Position numbers and translations under genes: made by a program
Assembly (NCBI GenBank): GCA_965649765.1
Contig: OZ287752.1
Coordinates: forward strand, 13,020,001-13,084,000
DNA from: Bispira polyomma
Taxonomy: Eukaryota
DNA length: 64,000 nt
Reading direction: 5' to 3'
Notes under the pieces: model-generated
What the model saw: only the letters and a program-made list of their open reading frames with translations
Told to the model about the DNA's origin: nothing
Databases searched by the model: none
In this document: positions 27,841 through 39,984 of the stretch, piece by piece
How positions within the stretch are numbered: position 1 is the stretch's first letter
How the letters are laid out: every line of letters starts with the position of its first letter

Positions 27841-28404
27841 TTCTGTATGGAATTAACAAGTCACAGATTAAAAAGTTCCAGTCCATTCAAAACTACCTAT
27901 GCAGGGTTATTTTTCAAATGAGTAGTCGTACAGACGTCAATCCTTACCTCAAAAAATTACACTCGCTGCCCATTCACTCCCGCATTTTGTTCAAAATACA
28001 TGTTACCACTTTTAAGGCTGTAGTCACTCAACAGCCCTCTTACCTGGCTTCCCTTTCCCCCTTTCAGTAACCCTAAGAGCGGCAACAGACTCTTCCGTTC
28101 TTCGGTCAGACCCAGCAGGAAGGCGGGATCCAGAGCGTTCTCCTTTGCAGCTCCTTTGATATGGAACAGTCTACCAGTTGACCTCAGATCAGTTGATACA
28201 CTCATCAATTTTAGGAAAACGCTTAAAACCCATCTTTTTAACCTTGCCTACACACCTTACCTTACCTCGTGCACACTCCCACTTCTTTCCTTATGACTCT
28301 GTTATCCCGATCGATTTTACAATTGTATCAATTATTCTGCTGTTGCGCTTTAGAAGATGCCTAGCATCAATAAAGCGTGTTAAAAATTACTTATAATAAT
28401 AATA

Positions 28405-29610
28405 GCTGTAAATTAGTTGTTTGATAATATCTACACTGTTCAATGTAACCTGTTAGAAACATTTTTTTAGTGGATTTGGCACAGATTAGTAATATAAACT
28501 ACACAATTGCTTTAGAAAAGTCAAAGAAACTGTCATTAATAGGAAAAAAAGAAACTGGACTCCTCTTGGAAAAGTCACAATTATCAAAACTTTCATTCTT
28601 TTAAAATTTTATCATCTCGTCTCAGTTACCCCTTCACCAAATAAAACATGTATTCAAGACATTAATAGACTATTGGTTACCTTCCTGTGCAGAGATAAAC
28701 AGGACAAAATGAAACATATCTATATTACACAAGATGATCAAGTTGGTGAACTGAGAATTGTTAATTTGGAAAACTTCATTCACTCTTTGAAACTGGCTTG
28801 GATGAAAAGAATTTTGAAAACAAAATCATCTCCCTGGCTTTTCCTTTTTGAGAAAACTATATCTCCAGTTTCAAAATTTTCTAAATTGGGGATACAATGC
28901 TGTAAGTATCTAAATAATATGACATCAAATGAATTTTGAAAAGAACGGTTGATCTCACGGATCAAACTGTCTGACAATAATAACATTAAAGACAATAGTG
29001 ATGTCTTATCTTCCCCATTATGGTACAATCTACAAAATTCCAGACATACACATTTTCTTCCTAAATAGTTTAATCTTTAATCGTGAGATTCTAACTGTTA
29101 GAGATATTATTGATATTCAAGGAGGTGTACCCAGCCAACAGGATATTGAAAAACAAATTAGCCTAAAACAAATTAATTTTTTTGAATATTATCTTTCAAA
29201 ATATTGACTAGTGTTTTTTGTGAAAAAAGCATAAAATAGGAGAAGAATGTATTTTTAATCAACGATATATTCTAAATTGACTGACTTTCCCTCTCCTAAG
29301 TCCCTCTCCTAACTGTTTCATGTGTAATGCTACGGTAGAATCTCTACTGCATCTGTTTTACTTTTGCCCCAAATATACGAAACTTGCAGAAGACTTGATA
29401 CAAAAAAAGACCAGTTATAATCTTGAAATCAAACCGGAGGCTATTATGTTGGGATATTTATACAGAAATAGTAACTCCATTGCATTTAATATACAAGTTT
29501 TTGTAACAAAAAAAATTACATATACATTATTATTACACCTTAATATTGTTGAATTAGTGTCAAAAATCAAAATTGTGTATGACGAATATAAACTGGTAGC
29601 TAAATTAAAT
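28405..29610 (+). mobile_element. L1/Tx1-like ORF2 3' fragment
   Basis: TPLGKVTIIKT, HSLKLAWMKR, C..C..VESLLHLFYFCP motifs with frameshifts. Confidence 0.75.
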
Positions 29611-29655
29611 TTTAAAGAATATATTTTGACATAATATAATTTATGACATACTTAC

Positions 29656-30849
29656 AGTACACGTCCGGGGTTTCGGTGTTTGATAATTTCACTACTTCTA
29701 TTGGTCCCTCACCCCAGGTTAGTTCACACTGTACTCCTTGACCTTGCTGAGCACGGTTAAAGCTCAGTATCTGTGTATAAGTCACTGTGTAAGTCAGTCC
29801 ATTACTCTCCTCACTCTCGGTCTCAACATCTCCACTGTACTCTGTCTGTATATAACTCACTGGATAAGTTAGTCCATTATTCTCCTTACTTTCTGTCTCA
29901 AGGCCTCCACTGTAGTACTCATTACCTACTTTTACTCTGAAGCCTATCACCTCTGTCCCTGGATAGATGAAGGACACTTCACACTCAATAGATTTAGGTA
30001 CACCCTCAATTACATTACCTATGGTATAAAGGCTCACAGCATCTGGGGCAACTGAAATAATTATAGCATTTAGATGTAACAGTGAAACAACATTAAATTA
30101 TATATGATGACATTGTGAATTTATACAATAAAAATAAAAGATATGTTAATTTAAATGTTCACTGGTAGATTATAAAGTATACTTTTTCATCTATTATTTG
30201 ACAGAATAGAGCTACTGTACCCCAAATGTTCCCAGTCAAATCCAACGCACTATTTCCTTCTTGTAGGTCATAAGTCTGTACCTCGCATTGATACTCTACA
30301 CTATCCATCAGTATGTCCACATCATTTACAGTCAGCCTGTGTTCTGTACCAATAAACTCATACTCTACATCTCTCCCAATGAACTCATTTTCTAATTCAC
30401 TCTTGTCCTGTGGCCCATAGTAACTAAACACATAACTTAAAGTAGCTAGATTATACCAGTAAAGTTGTTTGATGTCACTTTTAGGTAAACCAGAATCACA
30501 AACAAGGGTCATTGAGTCTCCGTGTAAGATGTAGAAAGTAGAGCCAGAATTGTAAGGACTTTCATAGTGAGTACTCACTGATACTTCTGCATTTACTACT
30601 GACCTCTCTGAAATGAAGTTTATGTAGAGTTATTAAGCATATTTGCTGGATTCACTAACTACACATATGTGTACATGTTGAATAATTGATCATATATGAC
30701 AATATATGTTATAATGGTTACAATCATAAAATTGTCACAAATAAATGAAACACATTACACATTATTAGATATAATATATATCATAAGTTCACAGATATCA
30801 ATTACTTACCACTGAAAAATGCAAACAAAAACAGCCATTGGACCATCAT
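29656..30849 (-). CDS. IgSF receptor copy C: intact signal peptide, Ig1 (V-like) and Ig2 exons; downstream exons lost
   Basis: SP 30810-30849 (MMVQWLFLFAFFS), Ig1 30221-30607 (387 nt; C..W..D..EYQC), Ig2 29656-30051 (396 nt); canonical AG/GT sites, all phase 1, no stops. Confidence 0.7.
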
Positions 30850-31234
30850 ATTTACCGGTTAAGGATTGGTTTAAAAGTATTCATATGATTAGAATATATA
30901 AATTTATGCCCCTCAATGTGTGTGGTACATGTACATATGTATTTTGTAATAAGTGGAAGAAATGACAATTATGTCATTATGTCAATAAGAATATCTAGAC
31001 GGAAAATTTTACAGTAGACTGCCTGATATCTATACACACACATATATATTCTGTGTTTTCAACACAATAGCCTTTTTTCTTACAGAAAAATGGCGTAAGA
31101 AAACATATATTTTGTTTCATCTTCGTAAATATTTGCATTCAAGCTTTTTACTGAAAAACTTTACTTATTAATATTGGTTTTTGGTGCCTTTTCATTAATA
31201 CGAATTTATTCACAACATGTACATATAAATGTAC

Positions 31235-31460
31235 AGTAAAACAGAAAAATACAAACAGAACCCTGTAGTTTAAAAGAAAAAGCATACAATTAGCTTAACA
31301 GCAAAATGCAAAGAAAACCATGTAGTTTAAAAGAAAAAGCATACAATTAGCTAAACAAAAAAACCCATGTAGCTTAAAAGAAAAAGCACACAATTACCTA
31401 AACAGCAAAATACACACAAAACCATGTAGTTTAAAAGAAAAAAAGTGCAATTAGCTATCA
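31235..31460. repeat. About 50-57 bp minisatellite, 4 copies
   Basis: TGTAG(T/C)TTAAAAGAAAAA..CAATTA recurs at about 31264, 31321, 31368, 31425. Confidence 0.8.
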
Positions 31461-32242
31461 AAATGTATAAAGATTTCTATCAATCTTTTAGAAATCCCCA
31501 AAACGAAATTTAAGGTGAAACTTGCAAAGCACAACTTTGTTAAAGCATAATTGTAAAACTGACAATTAACCATTTGTATATTGTCAGTTATCTGAAACAA
31601 TCTAGATCACTCAAAGGTAATATTAAAGCATTATGTTTAGGTTCAAAGTACATGACAAATTTAATAACATTTTCATTAAAATTTTAATTTAACGCCTAAA
31701 ATTTACTAGATTAAATTAGATTTTTTTCATGTCTTGCTCCAGTGAGTTATGATAAAACATAATTTTTCAACCGCATAGTACACACTACAATATTCTCGGG
31801 CATTGAGCCCAAACAGACTTTCTCTTAGTAATATTAAAAAACATTTCAAATACTGTTTAGGTGGAATTTTGCACTATCAATGAATTTATGCTATTTAAAA
31901 AACACACATTGAAACATCCAAACAAAAACTTACACAGTAATACAAGGTAACAACTAAATTAATTTTAAATGAATTTCAGTAAATTTTGCTAGAAATAATG
32001 AAATTGGTGAAATTTTATTCCAGCTAAAATTGGTATTATGTACAATAATATTATGTACCCTTACATGCTCTAGGTTGTTTAAATACAAACACATGCACAC
32101 TCCATATATCTGTGGTTTAAAGCAGAAAGGCAAGGCAGTGGGATATATGTGTGTGTGAAAAGGGGGCGGGGCTTGCATACAAGCATAACCTGGTCACAGT
32201 CTCAAAACTGTAGTCGATTTATTTACAATAATCTTATGCAAA

Positions 32243-32292
32243 GTACTCTTGCGTACTCTTGGGTAGTCTTGCGTACTCTTGGGTACTCTTGC
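32243..32292. repeat. 10-bp tandem repeat (GTACTCTTG[C/G]) x5
   Basis: Direct observation in the 5' region of the DIRS element. Confidence 0.85.
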
Positions 32293-35200
32293 GCACCTAC
32301 TTGTGTCTGATCTGAACTCGTCATTCTTTTTCTGGCCGCCATTTTTTTAGACTGTAAAGAAATATTTGTGTACTTTTGTTCATTTTTATAGCTGATTCAG
32401 CCTTTTTTGTGAGAAAAGTGTGTGTATTATATAAACACTCGTGTTGTAGAACAAAATGATATGTGTTTGGATGAAAATATGTGCGACATGTTCTGAATCA
32501 AGGTTTAAGATCGCTGCGCACGTGTGTGAAAGAGTAAGGGTTAATTGGGACTACTGTAAGTTTTATTTATTCTGTCTGTTTTTTGCCTCGAATCCGGTTC
32601 AGGCTAGACCCCTTTCATTTAACCCAAGTAAAGCCACATGAATAACTCTCACGTGTATTGGCATAGCCATTTTTGTTTCCCTGATAATTGACTTAGTGTA
32701 GGTACTTTCTTCTAAAAAGAAACTGTCTCAGAAGAGGGGAAAATGTGGGCACTTGTTTGCACATTGGGATGAGCAACTACGTGACCTACGTGTAGAGGTG
32801 ACCACAAGGGTGAAAACCCTTGTGCCAAGGGTGCTCTAAAGTGTAACCATTGTGAATCAATGACAGTAGAACAAAAACGGAAACTGGAAAGGAGATGAGA
32901 GACAGAAAACAAGCCCCTGGTGCAGGGGAAGATGAGATTTTACTGGATTCTCCAGCATCGATCGGTACTGCACCAGGTCAGGAAGTATCTGGCCAACAGG
33001 AGAAATTACTTCTGGGACCTGATGAGGGCATAACCAAAATCACTCAAACAAACCAACCTACTGGCCCACCAAAGGTCCAGAGGTTTGACTTTGTGGACCA
33101 TACAGCTGTAGAGGTCCTCCAGCACATCCCGGGTACATCTACCATACTCCCAACCCTGGATTCTCAAGTACGCAAACGAGGTTAAAGCCGAAATGGCCAG
33201 ATTCCAGATTGAATCTGGTAAGAGAATGTCTGAGATACAGCAGACTTCCTTCCAATCGTCATTGGTTTTGCAGGATGTTTTGAAGGAACTACAAGTCTTG
33301 AAACAGAAGACAGATAGACCCCCACCGGTCATTACAGCACCAGCTGCCAAACTGGAAGATACTCCCGAACCCGGACCAGCACCAGATGCAGAAAAAGTTG
33401 TACCAGTAAAACCACCTAAACTGGTGACCAGCAAACCGGTGACCAGCAAACCGGTAACCAGTAAACTGAAACCGATTAACAAGAAGGGCACTGATAAAAA
33501 GACTGAGTCCTTACCGGTGGTGAAGAAAACCGACAAGAACCGGTCCGACAAGAAGCAGTCAGACAAGAACCGGGAACCGGAACCAAAGACCGGTCAAAAA
33601 AAAGAGAACCAGAGCAACATAAGAAACGATCTCGCTCCCGGTCAAGAGAGGACCCGTCCGAGAAAAAGATCCTATAGATCAAGAACAATCTCTAATGATG
33701 CTGAAACTGAATTCACCAGGGGATACCGGGAACCCCAGTACAAAACAGAGGAAAACATTATGAGTCTAAGAGACATAGAAATAAGAAAGATCTCAGGGAC
33801 AAACAAAAAGTTAAACACACTTCTTCTCCAGAATCAGACTCTTTCTCTTCCTCCTCAGAAGAACCGACTCCTCGTAGAAAACACCAGAGTCATTCCAGGA
33901 GCAAACCTACCAAACAAGACACTTCCCCAAAGAGAGATACTGAATTGGAACAGGGTGAATTGGGACAAACTGAATCCCCCTTTGAGGAGGCTTTGGAAAG
34001 AGCAAAGGCCATCTCCAGAGCATTTAAAACTCAGAATGATCTAGACTACTTTCCAACCTACCTAGAAACACTTAAAGTAGTTGGAAAGGTATTAAACATT
34101 GAGGAGTTGGACGAACCTCTAAAAGTAACCCTGGCGGACCTAATGTTTAGGGATCCTGAAGCAGCATGCTCAGACTCTCTGAAGACTCCTTCCTCAATGA
34201 AACAACCCTGCTTAGATCTGAAGGATAAAAGGGATGCCTTAGCGGCCCCGACCACAATCCAGACCCCAGGCGATCAATGGAAGATGCAACAGGGAGAGTT
34301 GCTAAAATTATCGAAATCGGACATTAAATATTACCCTCTACTCAAACCCACCTGATCGGTTATCCCACAGAGCCTTAAAGACAGCCTCAGGGGAATAGCG
34401 CAGAACAATCCAAAACAGTACACCCTGTGTTCGGTTTCACAATAACAGATAAAACAGATGGAGGGCAGATACAAAGAATGGCTGTGTAACCTCAACCATT
34501 CCTCCTACTTCATGACAGCAACTGAGACAGCCCTCATTAAGGCACAGGCGGAAACTGATACTGCCACAAAATATGAGAACATCGCAGTAGCTAGATGGAC
34601 CATGGTCAATTTATCGAAACTATTGGGCCATTTGACAGTGGATATCATGTATAGCATTGGGAACTCCATCTTACTCAGACGAGACGCTGCCTTGACAAAT
34701 CTACATCCTTTTGTGCCTACACACCTCATATCAGATTTAAGAGCTTCAAGTTTCCAGGGATCAGATTTTTTGAGGAGTCAATTGTTGAAGAGGCCCATGA
34801 GGCCATTAAATCAGACAAAAGGTATACAGCACCTAACAGGCGCGGAGAAGGCATCCACAAGCCATCATCCAATACCTCCACTACAGGATCCCACAGAAGC
34901 TCCTACAGACATACTCCGTACTCTTTCTCTGGCTCCTCATGGGGCAAGAACGAGCAGTATCGGTGTGTTGGTGGATGACAACAATACCAGAAAGTAGATA
35001 GTCAACAAGATTACTCTAACAAACAACACGACCAATATAAACCCAGAGGAGGCAACCTCAAGAGTCCTTCCAGTCACGGCACCACACAAATTTACTTTAA
35101 TGGCAAAGGAAGTGAAACTTATGGCATTGATACTAGGAATCAGACTACATCAGTATCTGGATGACTGGCTGATAAGGGCCCCATCAGCACATCGATGCCA

Positions 35201-36351
35201 CGAATACACACAAATGTTCATAGAACTGGTCACTTGATTAGGTTTAATTATAAACAGAGAAAAATCAGAACTCTCACCAAGCCAGGCTATCAGTTTCACC
35301 TCAAGAAAGAATCAGTCACTCTAACACTGGACAGATGTCAATAATTTGTAGACACAGCCTGGTCTCTATTAAAGCTCAACCACACCTCAGTGAGATCATG
35401 AATATTTATAATAGGCATCCTCGCATCAGCGGAAAAAGTCATCCCAGGAGGGAGATTTTAACTACGCTCCTTACAGTGGCACCTCAAAAACCACTGGAGG
35501 ACACACAAGATTTTAGAGAAATCAATCCCAATAGACGACTCAGTAAAACCTCACCTTCACTGGTGGTCGACCAGAAAGAACTTATTACAGAGAGACTCTC
35601 TGCACCCCAAGGAATACAATGTGCTCATGTTTACCGATGCCTCAAACGTCAGTTGGGGCGCACACTTTAATCAAGGTACAATAGGAGGTCAAAGGTTGAA
35701 CAACTCCTACACATCAATGTATTGGAACTAAAAGCAGTGTATTGGCGAATTGATATGGCGAATAACCACGTGGTGCAACTCCAACCAAACGTCGCTTGGA
35801 GCCTAACACATAGCCGGTCATTGCCGACACCCTGTCTCGAAGACATCAGATCACTCAGATGGAATGGTCCCTGTATCCTCACACATTCAGGAAACTGTGT
35901 CTCCGGTGGCACACACCTCTCATCGACACGTTTGCCACAAGCCACAACTTCTAACTACCACTTTACATATCTCCACTTCCAGATCCAGCAGCCTGGGTAG
36001 TGGACGCCCTCAACATATCATGGGAAAATCTGAACCTGTATTATTTTTCCCCGACAATCTTAATACCAAAAGTAATCCAAAAGATAAGGACTTACAATTG
36101 TCAAGTAATTCTAATAGCCCCAGGTTGGCCAGGCATGTCCTGGTTCGGGGACCTAACAGAACTGTCACAGGAAATACCTCTACTCATACCACCACACAGA
36201 AGACTATTAAAACAGTCGCTATCTCAAAACTTCCATCAACACCCAGCTTTTCTGAATCTACACACATGGTCTCTAGGAGCACCAATCTACAGAAACAAGG
36301 GTTTACGGCATCAGTGGCAGAAAGAATTGCTGGACCACAGAGACTATCAAC

Positions 36352-37098
36352 ATGAGCAGTTTTCAAGTCAAGTGCACCGTATTTCAGCGATGGTGTCAGG
36401 AAGAGCAGGTGGACGTCACAAAACCATCTATAGCTAATATAGCCGATTTCCTCATGTTTCCTTTTAACGAGAAAAACCTTAGACCCTCCACAATCGAAGG
36501 GTACAGAACAGCAATAGCGGATACTGTAAGTACCACACAGTAAGATATCAGCCACAATCGAGATCTCAGTCGACTTTTGACAAGTTTTCACAGGGATCGT
36601 CCCAAAAGCTCACGGGCATTACCTAAGTGAAACTTACAGGTAGTATTACATTAACTTATAAAACCACCATTTGAGCCCATGCGCAAGGTAGAACTAAAAT
36701 ACATCACATACAAAATTGTTCTTCTCATGGCGCTTGCATCAGGGAAAAGACGAAGTGAGATACACACCTGGATCGAAACGTTTACCAGGAATCTAGGCCA
36801 CTGGGAAAAGATATCGTTTGCAGCCTCACCAAGTTTTTTAGCCAAAAACCAGTCAGCAAAGAAAAGACCGGAATGTATCGGCCCGGTTATCAGCTCGGCT
36901 CTCACTCCTTCACTGGATCAAAATCTGACTACCTACAGAACATTATGCCTGGTCAGATCGTTACAAATTTATATGGAAAAAGCAGTAGAAATGAGGAAGG
37001 ACAGGAAACTCTTGTTCATCTCCTTCAAAAAAAGCCACTCCTCGGAAGTTAAAACCTCGACTATTTCCTCATGGATAAAATCTACTATCCAACTCTGA
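36352..37098 (+). pseudogene. Tyrosine recombinase of the DIRS element (disrupted)
   Basis: IADFL..LRPSTIEGYRTAI and LMALASGKRRSEIH..LCLVRSL..LFISF..TISSWIK; internal stops; C-terminal catalytic part missing. Confidence 0.8.
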
Positions 37099-38731
37099 TT
37101 ACTCAGAAATTACTGAAGGTAAAAGTTTTATGAAAATATGCTTATATTTAAATGTGCTTTTTGTTGCATCAATTTGTGCCAATTTGGTTACCGACCTTAC
37201 GATTTTGATGTCTGGGGCGTGTCTGTTTAAACCGGGGGTAAAAACAGGGCGAACATGGAGGTCAGGAGGGATAACATGTTTGATATTTTCAAAAAATACC
37301 CCCACTTACCTCCTCGACTCCTAAAAATGGAAAGGTTGGTATTGCCGAAAAGGTCAGATTGTCATTATGTTCTATCTAATAACTCTTATCTCACTCCAGG
37401 CCTGCCCGAACACTGGCTTGTTAAAACATATAGGTCAGGGGGTAAAAACGGGGCAAACAGGGGGTCGGGGAGGATATAAGACGATTTTGTCAGTTATTTT
37501 GCGATAGCAGTGCCAACCTTGATTATTAGAAGTACGATCATGAGAGACGGGGATATAGATCCGTCAGATCATACCTATCCTATTGTCAGTAAGTTCGATC
37601 CTTGGGCGATACGTCAGATCCTATCGCCAGTACATTTGATTCTACGCTGGGTCGGGGAGGCCCGAGTTTTGGTATGGACTTCAAGTTTGATTGTGGTGGG
37701 TGTCCCGTCAAAACTAAACACAATCAGTTCGATCTAGAAGGTCACCTCACACTTTCAGTTTCCCACCCAAAATATTACATTATCTCAAAATCGGGACTAT
37801 TTTGCCGTCAAACTTGAATATGGAAGACTGTTGTGAATACCAGCCATGTATGGGCATAAAGCTAGTATATATTAATATCAATAATGATATAAACATCATA
37901 GACAAACTTATTACTTGAAGTTTTTTTTAGAAATTATTATTTATAAATATAATAAGTTATGAGTATAATTGTCTGTGTTTTTTTCAGATGTCTTGTAGTA
38001 AAGAGTTTCACAATATGTACCAATTTGTCTTTGGTCACAATGTAATCTTCCAAGTAACATATTCTTTTATATTGTCAATATGTTATTGTAAGAGTGATAC
38101 ATACCCACAGAATTATTCATATTAACAGTAGTTCACAGCTGTCATGGCCTAATGGTTAGAAGCACCTGATTCATAATCTACTGGTTATTTTTTTCTGAAA
38201 ACAGCAGAACTGTCTATTTTTTGTAGGTTTTCATCTGCTGTGCATATCTACTCTCTTCTCTCTTCTTCATCTGGGTTTGGACTGGAGTTTGCACTGATTG
38301 GAACTTTATCTGGTTAATCTAAAACAATTAAGCAATATCACCCCCATTTACTTTTTAGTGGTAGAAACAGCGCAAATAAATAAAATTTCTGACTGTAATA
38401 CTATACAGTAAAGTGAATCGAAGAACACTCTGCTATGCTTCTGTACGCAAAGATAATATTACATCTTTTAATATTTAATGCAAAAAAAAATCACAATCCT
38501 TAGTAAGTAAATTTTTTCACATATCCATGAACTGCAATCCAATGAACTATGTAATTCATGTTTTAGTCCTGATATTGTTCCAAATATTTCTAATATATTT
38601 AGTGCTGCAGTTAAGGAGCTCTCTGAACCATCAAGAATTAGTGTGGTATCATCGGTAAATTGTGTTATTTTAAATTCAGCATATAAGGGTTTATGTCTTG
38701 TGTATGAACAAGTAGACTAAATAATATATGT

Positions 38732-38799
38732 AGCCTGATATATATTTCTTTTATCAATATATATTTCGATCTATTCTGTAGAAGATCTCATCAGAGGCT
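38732..38799 (-). ncRNA. Type I hammerhead ribozyme
   Basis: Minus strand: AGCCU-CUGAUGA-GAUCU(10-nt loop)AGAUC-GAAA-UAUAUAUU(9-nt loop)AAUAUAUA-UC-AGGCU; all three stems are perfect and the cleavage triplet is AUC. Confidence 0.9.
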
Positions 38800-38909
38800 G
38801 AAATGTTAAAACAACTTATTCTCCTAAGGTATGTTTTATAGCCCCGGTTGCTCCGGTGGTTGCCCCTGTTGCCCCTGTCATTTAGGGGCTATTTATAGAA
38901 AGCAAAGTG

Positions 38910-39984
38910 TTATAGTTGTCCATTTTGTTGGGATATATGGCTATAGGGTGTGTATAAGAAATATGATGATTTCTTCTGACCTTAGATTAGGGAGTTACCA
39001 TTTATATCAACTTGCATTTCACTCAAACCCATTGCCCCCTACCGATTTAGGGTGGTTGGGTGTGATTTATATGGTATACTGTAAAACATGGATAGTTTTA
39101 AGAATAAGGCATGATCATATTTGATGAATGGAACTTTATTTATATTCAAAGTTGTGGTATCCATATGATCATTTAAATAGTGGTATCATAGTTATTACTG
39201 CATCAGATAATTTTAATAATTCAAATTGTAGTTTATTAAAATTAGATAAAGATAATTAATGTAATTTTTATACAAAAAATGCCAAACAAAAATGTATATA
39301 TACAAATAAAAAGGATTACTTATTGAAGAGTATAGATGGGTAGCTTAGGGTGAAAGCTCTCCATATAGGTCCCTCATTTTCATGATGAAGGAGTTGTCCT
39401 TTTTTACCAGTAGGTCTTGCTTCCTCCAACTGGTGCTTAGTGGTTTGTCAAGGGTCCCATCAATGATCACAGTGTTGGTGGTCAGTGCTGGTTTGGTAGG
39501 GGAGTATGCCTCATTCACCAGGCTAGACCAGTCAGTTGTGCTGGTAGGTGTGGTTCTGATCTGTTGATGTTCCATAGGGAAGTATTTTTTGGATAGTTTG
39601 AGTAGGTGGTTCTTAGTGTGAACTTTATTAGGGGTCAGTTTTGGCGAATTTTGAATGATGTGTTTTTGTTTTCATTAGTACTTCTTTTTTGGCTGTTTGT
39701 TTACAATTGACCACTATTTAAATGATCATATGGATACCACAACTTTGAATATAAATAAAGTTCCATTCATCAAATATGATCATGCCTTATTCTTAAAACT
39801 ATCCATGTTTTACAGTATACCATATAAATCACACCCAACCACCCTAAATCGGTAGGGGGCAATGGGTTTGAGTGAAATGCAAGTTGATATAAATGGTAAC
39901 TCCCTAATCTAAGGTCAGAAGAAATCATCATATTTCTTATACACACCCTATAGCCATATATCCCAACAAAATGGACAACTATAA
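38910..39984. repeat. 275-bp inverted repeat (arms 38910-39184 and 39710-39984, 525-bp spacer)
   Basis: Arms are reverse complements by direct reading; no mismatch noticed. Confidence 0.9.

Larger units (their letters stand above)
24500..28402 (+). mobile_element. L2-like LINE (APE endonuclease/RT remnants), interrupted by an L1 fragment
   Basis: ILGDFNI (EN), GVSQASVLGPLLF and YAVDT (RT), LDYCNSLLYG, FSFAAPLIWNSLP; ends in (TAA)n at about 28393-28402. Confidence 0.85.
32150..37100 (+). mobile_element. DIRS-like tyrosine-recombinase retrotransposon, degenerate and 3'-truncated
   Basis: Cys/His-rich gag start (TCRGDH..PCAKGALKCNHC) and gag ORFs 33193-34997. RT HQYLDDWLI at about 35150 with upstream RT deleted. 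RNase H (FTDAS..WGA; HINVLELKAV). MT domain 36000-36180 (DALNISW..ILIAPGWP..SWF). YR 36352-37098 (LALASGKRRSEIH). Left boundary approximate. Confidence 0.85.

Noticed and set aside
31235-31460. CRISPR-like repeat-spacer array
   Set aside because: Eukaryotic context, and the intervening sequences are homologous to each other; it is a minisatellite.
33015-33050. CTGATGAG as a second hammerhead core
   Set aside because: No stem II closed by GAAA and no stem I/III pairing; lies in DIRS gag coding sequence.
38137-38186. tRNA-like start (GTCATGGCCTAATGGTTAGA)
   Set aside because: Only an A box and no B box; at most a SINE head fragment.
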